DNA of 62,341 bases, filler included, from Circinaria calcarea (taxonomy: Eukaryota), in assembly GCA_051942165.1 (NCBI GenBank). It is 12 parts of 12 records of this genome, joined end to end, with 100 filler letters (N's around TTAATTAATTAA, not from the genome) between each part and the next. Parts side by side here need not be neighbours in the genome. Positions count along the whole stretch, not along the records: positions 1 to 5,118 come from JAVECS010002038.1; positions 5,219 to 10,333 come from JAVECS010002039.1; positions 10,434 to 15,547 come from JAVECS010002040.1; 9 more parts are not named here. The stretch is one strand, 5' to 3'. A program made the translations under genes and the position numbers. Below the pieces are notes generated by a model, which was not told where the DNA came from, did not search any database, and was given only the letters and a program-made list of their open reading frames with translations. Below, piece by piece: positions 1-12,395 of the stretch. The first letter of the stretch is position 1, and every line of letters begins with the position of its first letter.

Positions 1-4
1 CTTT

Positions 5-1510
5 TCACCTCTTCGGCCCTTTACCCATCTGGGTCATGTGCCTTGCCTTCATCCTTCTGAAAGCGTCATCACCACTCGCTCCCAACGGCCTTGCATAAGC
101 ACCGCCCCCAACCTGGGAACTTCGCGGAACAATGGTGTAGCTCTTGACCTCGCTTTCGACTCTTGCCCTGTTGTGCTTGACTGGTGGTGCCAATGCCCTC
201 TCTCTAATCTGTGCAGCCGTTTCGGTGGCAGCCAAAGCTTGGGACGCAGGGAAACCGTTGACGTTGGTACCGGGTCGATGCGGGAGCTTGGTGGGATCGT
301 AGTCGGCTGACTCTAGTACTCGTTTACGGTAATCATCGCTGCGTTTGAGAATTGGTCGAGTCCACTCTCCTAGAAGACGCTCGGCTTGACGCTTGATGCC
401 GAGCTCAGGCTTCTTGCTCTTCGTATAGAATAGCACTACTTTGCCAATACCGCTCGAAACAAGTGCCTCTTTACCAATCGGTAGTTTTGCTAGACTAGCA
501 AACAACTCGCGCTGGATGTTGTAGGCGGGTAGAGAGCCATCATTCAAAGGCTCGAGGAAGAAGCGAACAGATTCCAAAAGGTTGTTTTCCGGATCGACAA
601 TAGCATTCTCAATCTCACGCCCATTTCGATTGAGGAGAGCAGTAACTTCGGGGAGGAGGCGGAGCTTGTGCATCGCTGGACGAGGTGGATCAGAGGAACG
701 AGCTTGAACGTCACGCTCAGCAGCGTCAGCCATGCGTTGTCGAAGAGAGGCAATCTCTTCATCGGCAGTACTGCTAAGATCCTGGAAGATGAGAATTAGA
801 TTATCGTCTTGAAATCGAGGCGTTTGTAGTAGCTTACTATGCCATCTGCCCTACGGCGACGCTTATTGGGATTCTTAAGTGCAGCATCCATTGCTCTATC
901 AAGAGCTCGTTTCCGACCTGCACCAGATTCAACACATTAGGCAAGCTGAGGGAGCAGGCATTCCCAAAGCTGTCCACTTACGTTCCTGGGGATCCAGCTC
1001 CTCTTCATTCTCTGGCGTCGCTTTCCTCTGTTTCGGCCTCTCCTTCTTCTCTCCGCCTTCAGTAATCGTCTTCTTCTTTCTGATTCTCTTCCCCTCCAAC
1101 TCCTCCCCTCCGCTGAAATTGTCATCTTCATCCCGCTTCTTCCTCGACTTCTTCGGCTTCTCCCGCTTCCCTTCCTTTTTCTTCTTCTTACCTCCATCCG
1201 CATCGTAGTCTTCATCCACATCTCTCTTCCGCTTGTGTCGCCCCAGCAGCTTCACATTGTCTTCATCCACTGCAATGGCTGGGCGTTCATCAATCGCAAC
1301 GTTGGCGGGATCGAAATCTTCAAATTGGGCTTCGTCAACGTCTGAAAGAACCGAGTCATTATCCGACAAGTCGTCCATATCAGCATGAGGGTCCGCGATT
1401 GGTGCAGATGGTGGGTCATGGTAGTCGTAAAGTGGCTGATTTGGGTCTCCAGGGTCAGCTCCTGCTTCGGGAAGGGGAGTGGCCGGTAGCGAATCTAGGT
1501 CTGAAGACAT
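5..1510 (-). CDS. IWS1: Transcription elongation factor Iws1/Spn1 (TFIIS N-terminal-like domain), 3 exons
   Basis: ORF 929..1510 (acidic/Lys-rich N-terminus) joins ORF 5..733 (PAMHKLRLLPEV...FFLEPLNDGSLPAYNIQRELF...SGIGKVVLFY...WTRPILKRSDDY) via two GT-AG introns (~919-981, ~782-837). Confidence 0.93.
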
Positions 1511-1997
1511 AGTGAAGTCTGTTTCATACGGCTTTCGAGACGTATCCTCTGGTAAGATCTAATTTCTGGTGTGAAGAGAGTGAAATGTTGTTCAATAAGA
1601 ATGATGAGCGCAGTCGGCAACAGAATGTAGGGGTCCACGGCTAATGTGTTAGCGTCAATAGCCAGCCATTCAGTACCGTTCTTTCCTATTTCGGGATATG
1701 ACCTCACTTTTAATTCACTGCTCTCTTCATCTTTTTGACCTGAATTATGCACATCCACTACTCAGGGTATGCGCCCATCTTGCCGAGTTCAGCACGAGAG
1801 CTGTTTTAACGGATTTAGAGGATCATATCCTAGAATGAGACTTTGCCGATATATTCTACCATAAAAGCATTCTCTAAATGATAATGGGCTTGCCTCCAAA
1901 AAGAATAGCCAGACTCCCAGCATGCTAAAGTCAGCCAAGAGACGCCGTTAGAACTCCCCCAAGAACAGCTCCACCGCGCTTATCGTGATCCCACCCT

Positions 1998-4369
1998 TCA
2001 GATCCGCATCAACCCTTCTCTCTCCTCGTCTACATTCTCCGTATCTCCACCAAGTAACCACCCTGCTTCCCTGCAATACCTTACCTCCCCGTTACGCACC
2101 TCACTTGCCCAACACACCACCACCGCATCAACCACCCCTGTAAGTACTCCCTCCATTGCGCCCAGTATTCCCCACCCAATAGCTCCTGCAATCAATCCGA
2201 TCACATATCCGTACAGGCTTCCTCGCACGGTAGAAGCTGCTATAGGATCCTTGAGGACTAGTGACTGCGCTGTACTAACCCACGCACCGAATCCAAAAGC
2301 CAAAGATGTTATGAGGCGCGTCGAGTGGAGTAGAAGAAGAGCAAGGTTGTAGGGGGCGATGGTTGATGTCTTGGGTATTGCGGGGTGCCGTTGCCTATAT
2401 GGAGCTGTTGGTGGGTTTGAGGGAGTCATAAATGACATTTGCGAGACGGCACGAGCAGAGGTGTTTAGTGGTTGGGAATGTATAGCACTGTAGGTAAGGG
2501 TGAGAGGGTGGGTGAGAATGGCAACCGAACTAGGTAGTATAGTATAGCTAAACAGTCCAAGGACGGCGATGAGGCGGCGAGGAAGGACAAGAAGTGGTAG
2601 GCGAATGACGAGAGTCAGGAGGGTGGACAGGCAGATAGTCCCGAAAAGCGTAGTCGTTGAATGACTTACCGCCGCTTGGACAACCTGGCTAGACGTCGGT
2701 GCAGGGACTGCGAGTCGGTGAAAGTACCATTGACTGACAGTAGCGGCAGTGGTAGCCCTTTGAATCCCAGAGCCGACGGCCAAAGTCCAAAGATAGACGA
2801 GAATGAAGAAGACACCTAGCCACCATGTGCTCATGTCGATGATGAACATGTTCTTGACGTTCAGATGTCCGCCCAGGAACACCCGGGTAAACATACCCAT
2901 CCAAAGCCAGGTCCACGCAGCGACACCGGTAAGGCTGGTGAATCCTACGATGAGAAGGGCAGGGTTCGCGGCTAGTATTCGGCAAGAGAATTCGAGAATA
3001 CCAATAGCTTTACCGAATGCATGACGCCCCTTGTATACGGCCACCACCCAGAGGAGCGCTAAAAAGCCAGGAATTGACGAAAGCCATCGCATTGCCTTAT
3101 CTTGAAGGTTGGTGCCGTGTAGCGGTCCTTTGAAGCTAGAGATGAGTGGATACAGGGAGAAAGCGAGCAAAACCACGGGGACCGCCACGAGGATGGTGTA
3201 AACAAGCTGTCGGACGTAGGATCGAAGGAGGGCAAGCCAGAATAGAGAAACAATAATCGCGACAAGGGTATCAACGGCGAGCAAGTAGAAGGACGCGTGC
3301 ATCGTGGTATACACCGTATCGCCCAAGGGTATTGACGGGGCGGATGTATGTAGGAACACTAGGAAAAAGCTTGCGAAGAGTGATGCAAGGGATATCAGGT
3401 AGAGGGTTCCCCAAAAAGCATCATGTCGAGGAGGTTCCGTAGTTGGATATGATACTGTGGGCGGCACGGACGATGTGTCAGAATCGGGAGGTGGAGGCCT
3501 CCCGTTTAATTCTTCATTTCGGGTCTCGTGAGGTATGAACGGAGAGAAAGTGTCTTTGGATACCGGGTGTTTCCGTAATTGTTGAACGGACGGAGCATTA
3601 TCATCACGGGGTACCTCGAGGGTCAAATCTTCCGGCGGCTCATCGCGTTCCACTGCTCCCATGCTACTTTTCATTGTGCTGCCCAGCCCAATGTCCACCA
3701 TCTTGCCCTTTCCGGTACTACTCCCATCGCTCTCCACTCTTTGCAAAAGATTTTCCTCGGCTTCTTCCAGCACTGTGGCAGCGTTCGATCGCCCTCTACT
3801 GCTTGCTTTTCCACCTCTCCATGAGCTTCTGATACCACCGCCCCGAGTGATTCCCCGTTCATCTATGTCTCTACCATCACCACTCTCCTCTAATCCACCA
3901 AGCTGATTATCTTCCTCGTCTACCTCCGAAGACTCGTCTAGGCGGACAAACTGCCGTCTCGAATGCTGCAGGGCGTATGTATCCCGTACCTCTCGCTCAT
4001 GCTCCGCTTCGTCATCCTCTTCCCGGAATTCATCGGTAGCACTATAGAACAGGGGCGCTGGGGCAGCCTGAGATCGGGATGCGAACGGGAACTGGGAGAA
4101 ATGTGAGGTAGTTGGCTGATAAGGATTGCCTATCGTCGGTCTCTGGAGATACGATCTCGAGGTGGGGAAACGTATTGATCCAGGATCTTGTCTTCCAGGT
4201 CTCCGCAGAGGACTTCTATTGGATTCTTCCGGTTGATGAAATGATATGCGACTTTGTGACTGGGCAAGGAAACGTGAGGCATCTAGCTTGGGCTATTAGT
4301 ATTTGGCGTTATTTTGAGGCATTCCTATTCTTCCGAAGCGCCAAAGAAATCCTTACATTCGGAGAACAT
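1998..4369 (-). CDS. Choline transporter-like (CTL/Pns1 family) multi-pass membrane protein
   Basis: Mini exon MFSE (ATG 4369) with GTAAGG donor, then YASRFLAQSQSR... continuous into ORF 1998..3773 with about 10 hydrophobic helices and the QRATTAATVSQWYF and FGTICLS motifs. Confidence 0.8.
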
Positions 4370-5043
4370 GTCAGAGATACATCAACGCCGTGCGCCCTCG
4401 AACAAGACGAGACGCGCTCTGCTTCAAGCTTCGAACCTCTCAAGATAAAGAAGCGGTGGGCCCTTTCGTAAAATAGTCGGTGTTGTTGAGAGGATGGTCA
4501 CTCGAATTCCTAGGTTCGGCGTATGATATGGTCCTTGTCGTAGGTTCAAAGGAAATAGTCCAGGTAGTCGAAAGAGGTCAGCTGAAAAAGAGTCAACGGT
4601 ATGATGACTGAATGCTCGGGTGCCTTCAAGGTCATCGAACAGTGAATCCCAGACCCGGCAGATCCTAGCGCCGGTATCCAACACGCCAAGTTACTTGTAC
4701 CTTTGGAGGATTTATTCATTCGATTCTTCTGAATTCAACAAAGAATCTTGCTACCACTTTGCAAGCATGATTGTGCTGGCCATGCTCTACTGATTCCGGA
4801 ACCTTTTCCTGGTCGAATGCTCGAGTCCGGCCGAGAACGTCTGATAACGAGATACTTCGTACCTTATCAAACATCAATGATTACGGCACTAAGACCTTTG
4901 ATGCGAATGACGTTGGTAATCTATATAGATCCGCAGCGCCAACTTCCCGCTCCGGCTGTATAAATACCGATGCTAGAAAAGCAGCCTCAATCATTAGCTC
5001 ATCACATATCTTAAACTCTTTCTCAGATACCGCAATTCATGAA

Positions 5044-5118
5044 ATGTCACAACCGTGGGACTACATCGCCAAGCTCGTCTGCATCGGCGACAGCGGCACC
5101 GGTAAATCCAGCGTACGC
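5044..5118 (+). CDS. Rab small GTPase (Rab2-like), 5' fragment cut by contig end
   Basis: MSQPWDYIAKLVCIGDSGTGKSS (P-loop GDSGTGKS) followed by a GTACGC donor. Confidence 0.85.
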
Positions 5119-5218
5119 NNNNNNNNNNNNNNNNNNNNNNNNNNNNNNNNNNNNNNNNNNNNTTAATTAATTAANNNNNNNNNNNNNNNNNNNNNNNNNN
5201 NNNNNNNNNNNNNNNNNN
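5119..5218. other. Artificial contig-joining spacer
   Basis: 44 N + TTAATTAATTAA (stops in all six frames) + 44 N. Confidence 0.98.
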
Positions 5219-8200
5219 CCCGGAATGCTTGGTGACCCCCCCTGAGACCCGGGGCGGGTAAGCATAGAAATCTTTCATTCGCCGGGAAGGAACGCTAAAA
5301 AATCCCCACCAAAATTGCTCCTAGTGATGTGTTTATCGTATTAGGTAGTTCGATGCCGCCTTCTCCAGGTACTTTTGCTGGATGACATGTGGAAGGAAGA
5401 CGGCTAGCTATATGCTTTAGCACAGCCACCACCATTTGGTGCTGTAAGAGCTCCATAGTGTTCAGCCGATATTAGGATCTTCGGCGATGGCGAAGGGACC
5501 GTTACAATCACGCAAAAGGCAAGAGGAGTGATATAAAAAGCCTTGGGAAGGACCATATCGGCACAGGCTCTTGCGATAGGCGGTAGTCTCCATCCCACGC
5601 GGCGCGGCGCCACTTGCACTTCACCTCGGAACGCCTTCAAACTTCAGCAAGTGTAAATAACAATTCCAATGGTACTTGATCAGCACCACTGTTGTGGTGG
5701 TGGGAGGAGTAGGAAACACGGGGCGGCGTAGGCTTCACAAAGACCGGGATTTCCCAGCGCAACGACAAAATATTTTTACACTCTCCAATTGGAGAGCCAG
5801 CGACCCATTGGTCTAAAAACGTAAAAAATTTTGCCAGTAGAGATTCTTAGAATTTAACATCTTCTTAGACGGCATGAAATTTGGTTAAAAGACAAAATTC
5901 TCGTTCGTGGACTAACCTATACAGAATTGATCAGAGTTATAAACTACAGCTAGTTAATTCTTTTCAAGCCTATATTTATAATAATCAAAACCGCGGACGC
6001 CTGAAGATTGTAAAAATATTGTCAGGATGTAAAGCCTGTTATTCGTATTCATTACTAAAAGTGTGTGTGTAAACGTGTGTTGAAGTTATTTATAGAGTGT
6101 GCAGGCCAAGAAGTAGGTCGCCGGAGCCTAGTAAGCCCGCTCCGGTCGCCTGGCAGCGTAGGGCTATGCCCGTTCCGTGACAAATATGTAAAATTTGTCT
6201 TAACCGAATACGCTCGATTGAATGGTGAATTGAAATCGAGATTTCTTATCCTAATTGGAGGACGCCAATTCCGTTTCTAAAGTCCTCGGGAGTGTCGTTC
6301 TAAACATTGCAAGTAACTTGGTCAGAACTTCATTGGCTTGGGTTCTTGTGACATCGATCGGTAACGCCCTTGAAATTTTCCCGGAATTGTGGAATTATGG
6401 TAAAGAAAGCCGGTAAACTGTGTGCCCCTGCAAATCAAATAGGCTGTGGAAGACTTCTACTCCTCCAGAATAATTTCTAATTTGCGCCCCGCGATCCTAT
6501 CAAATTCTAAAACATGCATAGTTCAATTTGCAAAAAGCCGGCAGATAAGCACCCGAGACTAGAGCTACCACGAGGTAGTCTCAGATGAGCCGAGAGTTTA
6601 GGAGATTTCCAAAAAAAAAAAAATATTTTGTGAAAGAAATAGGGTGCTCCGCTACGTCGCTAAGGTATAAGCAAAGACGCTGAGTAGAACGAGGCTTCGA
6701 GGTCCTAAATATAGAAGAATTGATTAGCTAATCCAGACGGAGATTTTGATCCCAATAAGAAATTACGATGGGCATTAAATAGATTTAACCATGTTGCCGC
6801 TTTTATCGTATCCAATGTCTGATGATCGTCCTTTATTGTTATATGACGGTAGTTACTAGCAGGCCCTCTGGCACTATAAGGTACCAATGGTGAGGAGATC
6901 CTAACTTCTCGTGCCTTACAAGGCTGCGAAACGAATCTAGAGTTTTTTTTGGCGACAGCCTGGGAAACCTTATTGTTCACATCCACCGAGTTATCCGTGG
7001 AATCACTACTCGTCGTCCGGTTAGGGCTATCGTGGTAGAAAAAACAAGTTGAATCACCAGATGTTGCCACTATCGGCCAAATTTTGTTATCTTGTGTTTG
7101 TTCACACACAGACCGTCACGTCCCTGGATTAGTATATCGACCTGACTTTGGAGTGACATAGTTCTTAGTGTGCCCACAAGATCTCTTGTATTCGGGAGCT
7201 TCATTATTTCGAATTAGCGGCAGTGGTGAAGTGGCCGGATGTTGGTAACACTGAATATATATCGCTCGCGGCACTTCAAAGTTTTGAGAATTATTATTCG
7301 CTTAAGGACGCCCATCATTCCGACTCTAGCACTTATTGGCTCCAAGTAAATCGAAAATCTGCGGCCGACCGGCAATGACGTTTTCTGGCACAATGGCCCA
7401 CATCTCCTAGATATGGACTACCATTTGAATCTGTATTTAGTGCGTTAGAGCCGGCCATGAAAGGGGAAGGATCTCGTAATTACCTAAGGTCCCAAAAAGT
7501 CTTGTTTTATGATTCGTTTCATGCGATTATTCTAGAATCACTTGAAAAGTGACCAGTCCCACAAGTCCATAATTTTGCTTTCTTCTGAAGCTCACCAATA
7601 GTTAAACTGCTATCAAACGGGTTTATCATTTGTGTAACATTCCATACGCTCCCTAACTTTTGTGGAATAGTCTCATAAAGTCTCTCTTCAAGTATTCTTA
7701 AAATACGACATGATTGAAGCTGTTTGTTGATAATTATATAATATAGTATTTGGCTGATATACAATTAGGTGTTTCTGTGATACCTTTAGCTGTATTGGTG
7801 GTGATAAGCGGATCAGATAGCTTTCTTTGACTTTCTGGCTTGAATTGTGAAGGAAGTGGTGCAGGACAGATACGCTCGTGCATCAGACAAGATTTCTGCT
7901 TTCCTGCAATCTCTTTGCATATAAGGCACACCGACAACATCTCGCTCTCTCTTTCCCCCGAAAAGGGGGATATTTTAATTCCTTTGACGTGAGGTTTGTA
8001 AAGTGCACTTGTACTGTGCGCTTCTTTAACTGCTCCAACAAGAGATCAATAGCATCAGGTACAGGGAGACCGGGAGACGTCGGAAAACGTATGTGATTTG
8101 CAGATGATCCCGCCCTTTCTATTCACATCGCTAGAAGGTATCAAACACACGGGATTTGGTATAAATGCTCCATCCCTGGCCCCACTGGATAGACATCAGC

Positions 8201-10093
8201 CTTGAAAGTAATCACCGCCGCTACCTCGCATGTGTTCGAGAAACTTCTGATTCTGTCGAATACTGTATCGGATTCTATGTTTTGCGTGGCGTGATAGTTT
8301 TGAGGATTATATAGCAACAGCTTGTATGGCTAGAACAAGAACTTGGTCTTCCCTTTTCGGCGCTCTGGAGTTCTCTTCTGCTTGCTGTGACGGCCATGTC
8401 TCGGGGTCCTTGGTCATGTGATGGAGCACTCTGTACATCTGCCAATTCAATAATTTATTGATATCCAAGGCCCTCTCCTTGTTCGCGTGCCATGCTTTAT
8501 GGCTATATCTTAATGAATTCTCGCGGTTAGCCATATATCTATTACCCCGGGAATCCATCTCAAAGTAGTGCAGTACCAACGAGCCTAATTACGGAAAGTC
8601 CGGTTGGTTTCTGGGGTACGTGAAGTGCGTTGTTCGACTCGCTGTATGCCCAACGTGGTATTTCCTTTAGATAGCATCCAGGGCCGCCATTCTACCAGAT
8701 CATTCTATCTTCAGCACCGATTTGAAGCGGGATTGCATTTTCTTCTTCGCTATTCCACGGCCTCCGACCGCTCTTAGACCCACCGTCAGTATACCCGCTC
8801 TAACGGTGGAACTAGAGCCTCGAACTAGGCTATCGCTAACGTCTTTAGAAGTATTAAATTATTACCTCTTTCAAAAACAGCAGTTTCCCATAGTAAACTT
8901 AACCGCTTAGACTGCTTCACATGTGTTGGCTTGTGAACACGAGGAATACGATATTTAGCTTGCGGGCACGTTTAACGGGTATTGGAGTAAGTCGCCGTTG
9001 AATGTAAGACACTTTGTACTCCTGCTATTGAACTAATCGTTAAGCTGACCCGTCGGTCCTTTCATGGAGGATATCTGGATATGCACGCTGTTGATATCTC
9101 GTGAATTAACACCGTTGCGAGAACCACTGGCATGGTTATTAGTAGCTAGAAGCTCCGGGTTTAGTTGCGCCGTCACAGCTTGGTAGGTTATTCGGCTCAG
9201 GGACATGGTCCAGAAGCGGATATCATAGTCATCAGAGAGGTTGTGGCGCTTTTGCTCATTGACTCGATTCCCACCAAGGTCTCACCGAGAAGTATTCTTA
9301 TCTTTGACAAGCGCAGGTTATCCTCGTCGGAGGAGCGATAGCACTTGGCTTATGCCTGCATTTCTGAGGATCTGGCTGAAGGGTCTCGACATGATCTAGA
9401 GTAACGTTAGGTTAAGATTCCTCAGTGTAAGGGTCAACCATACCTATGAATCTATCTGAAATAACGTTAATCTTTCTTGCCTACGCTTTTGTCTTCTGGC
9501 TATATCGATATAGTATACAACTCGGTACACTCCCGGACATACCCAACCACCAAGGGGTAAAAAGAGGCGCTTATATAGTTGGGTAGACGGTGCCACCAGA
9601 GATGGCCACGCGGAAGTTGGAGTAGGGCGTGGAGTCTGTTAACTTGGAGTAAGAGAAAACAGTACATACAGAGGGGCGGAGAAAACTCGGGACAGGGATA
9701 CGCTTTGACAGAGGGTGTGACTGAAGGTTAACTGGAGGATAAACACTGCCATAAGGCAATCATCACCATGGGAGAAATGTGATAGATACAAGCCCCCTTC
9801 TGCATATATTTCATAGGGTATTATAGATTCTGGATAGGTCCATCAAGCAGTCTCATATATATGGCCTAGCATACTTTACCGTGAGATAGCCTTCACGACG
9901 GGAAATTGCACGGACTTCAAGCAGTAGAGTAAGAAAGGACAAAAATAAATCGTTGAGAGTATAGAATATTCAAGTCTTATATGTATGGCAACGCAGCCAG
10001 CGGACTACAAGTTCCTAAAAAGTTTCCAACAGCTTTCACCACAAACTTGCTCGTATCCTACCTGCTCTGTGGACTCTCATATCAGCCCAGCAC

Positions 10094-10333
10094 TTACTTG
10101 GTATGAAAACACTCCTTCCTCGCATTGTGCACTGCCTCATCCTCTTCGTGATCCACCTCCCTCAACTTCCCTGTTGCAACATCGTAGACCATCCCCACGA
10201 CTTTCAAGCCTCTCTCCTCAGCAGCCTGGATCACATGCGGGTTGCCTCTCACAGTCTGCACCCCTTCACACACGTTCTCTTCGACTACCTTGCTAACCTT
10301 CTCTTTCGGATCCAGAGCTTCCCAATCCTTCCC
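10094..10333 (-). CDS. Beta-class carbonic anhydrase, 3' fragment (not in the ORF track)
   Basis: Manual translation: GKDWEALDPKEKVSKVVEENVCEGVQTVRGNPHVIQAAEERGLKVVGMVYDVATGKLREVD...HTK*; ENV and GxVYDVxTGKL are beta-CA C-terminal motifs. Confidence 0.8.
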   Translation of the reverse strand, partial: GKDWEALDPKEKVSKVVEENVCEGVQTVRGNPHVIQAAEERGLKVVGMVYDVATGKLREVDHEEDEAVHNARKECFHTK

Positions 10334-10433
10334 NNNNNNNNNNNNNNNNNNNNNNNNNNNNNNNNNNNNNNNNNNNNTTAATTAATTAANNNNNNNNNNN
10401 NNNNNNNNNNNNNNNNNNNNNNNNNNNNNNNNN
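10334..10433. other. Artificial contig-joining spacer
   Basis: 44 N + TTAATTAATTAA + 44 N. Confidence 0.98.
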
Positions 10434-10820
10434 GTATAGAATCTTTATATATATTTATAAAGTTTTTATTTTATATTAATAATTAAGCATTGCTTTTGCC
10501 TAAGAAGCCTAGGGACGTAATAATGGAGTGAAATGGTGGGAAAGTAAAAAAGAACGAGACGAAACGAGACGAGACGAAAGAAGTATGAAATGGAGTAAAA
10601 TAAAATAATAAAGGAAAAAAGAAAGAAAGGGGGGGGGGACGTTAAAGAGGGACGAGGAAAATACACAGCGAGGGAACAATTACGCAGCGAGGGAAAAATA
10701 TATAATATAAAAAAAATACGTAGTATAAATAAAATTATATAACGTGGGGAGAGTACGCAATATAGGAATAATACGTAGTATAGAAAAAGATATAAAATTT
10801 TCTTAACGGATTCGTTAAAA
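10434..10820. repeat. AT-rich, TpA-rich stretch (RIP-degraded repeat or low-quality contig end)
   Basis: Abundant TATA/TAA, few CpA, homopolymer runs at the contig edge. Confidence 0.5.
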
Positions 10821-11230
10821 AAAACGGCAGCAGTACACCCCGAAGGGTTCCACGGTCTTTTCTATATACCCACTTGCGTCCCCACCCACCTAGGGGTTAA
10901 CAAGCTTTTTGTATATAGAAAATGACCGGAGAATTACACTACCCGAAGGCAGCGGACAACCCTGCTCCTTAGAATGCCACCGGGCCCGAAGGATCAGTGT
11001 ATGGATGAATTCTAAGGCCCTCAATACTACGCCCGCATCGGTAGACCTTACCCAAGGGTAGGCGACTCCGAAGAATCGACCTGACCTCGGGGTTTGCCTG
11101 ACGATGAACACGTAGGTCAGCTATTTTCCATTGAACTAAAACGCCAATTATTGAGATTCCCAATCCAATTTCATAATATATTATCAACATGGCCCAATAT
11201 TAGCACCAGACCGTATGCTAATCTTCGCGT

Positions 11231-11283
11231 CGCAATGCTGGTCGGCGCATCGCAATGCTGGTCGGCGCATCACAATGCAGGTC
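11231..11283. repeat. 20-bp tandem repeat, two exact copies plus a partial third
   Basis: CGCAATGCTGGTCGGCGCAT x2, then CACAATGCAGGTC. Confidence 0.9.
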
Positions 11284-12395
11284 TCGTAAACCATTAGCCA
11301 TGAGCATACTGCATTATCGTAGCAATGAATGTGACCTTCAACAAGCCACGCACTTGAGGGAGTTGGGGATTGTGAAAGCTGCCACCGTAGATATTCCCCC
11401 CGACTGCTTCCCATTGTGACGGTATGCGACACTTTTCATAGGCTGACCATAGACCGTAGCATAGAGTCTCATTGACCACGGAACGAGTAGCAAGAGATGG
11501 GTAGGGTATGCCGCGTGCGACACGGAGGAAGCGCTGGTTACCGCCCAATGTGTATATTCCACGGCTGCAACCATGCGCATCGCAATCTGGAGGTAGCAGG
11601 GACACAAGGAGTAGACACCTGACATAGAGAGGGTTTCTGCAGGAGAGGGAAGCATCTGTAGGAGAGGGAAGCATGAGAAACATCCCCAAACCATATCGGC
11701 GAGGAACCAGGCAACATGCTAACTACGTGCAATCAACCATAGGAACCCATCACATCCCACACGCAGTGTGCGCCAAGAGCAGGGAAAGAGAAGGGGAGGA
11801 CCGCCATCCCAGGCTTGCGCGCCGCCCCAGACTGGACTGCGGCCATCTCCCCAAACGACAGCTTCAGCCTCCACCCTCATATCCATTCCTCACTCCTGAC
11901 TCCTCCCTCTCTGTGCCTCATTGGTGGGACCTGGCGAGCAAGGAGGAACTGAGGTTGGATGATGGCTAAGAGGTGGCTATGGGATAAAGTTGAGGACGTG
12001 ATTTGGGGACAGCTTCTCGGTGGCACCGGTACTCGTGTGGTCTGGCCATTCCTGAAAATGTCAGCAGAGGACAAGTGCGGAGAGGATCAAGACGTTATCC
12101 CATCGCAAACCGTCAGCAACCTCGACCTCCCGCCACCCGCTCCACCACAGAAAGTCCCCTACCATCTACAGCTTCTCCTGCTCCAGCGTTGATCCAGGGG
12201 GAACTAACACAACTAGCTTAGCAAAAGGGAGATCAAGCTCAGGATTACGAGATGTCGTTGAAGAAGCTTGTTACCGTAGCAACAGAGCCGGACTTTTGAA
12301 CCTATACAGGTAGCCTGCTGTTGTTATATCATAGCTAAAAATACACAAGATTCGATTGGCCAACATTTCAGGGTGCAAAACTTGCTAAATTACTG

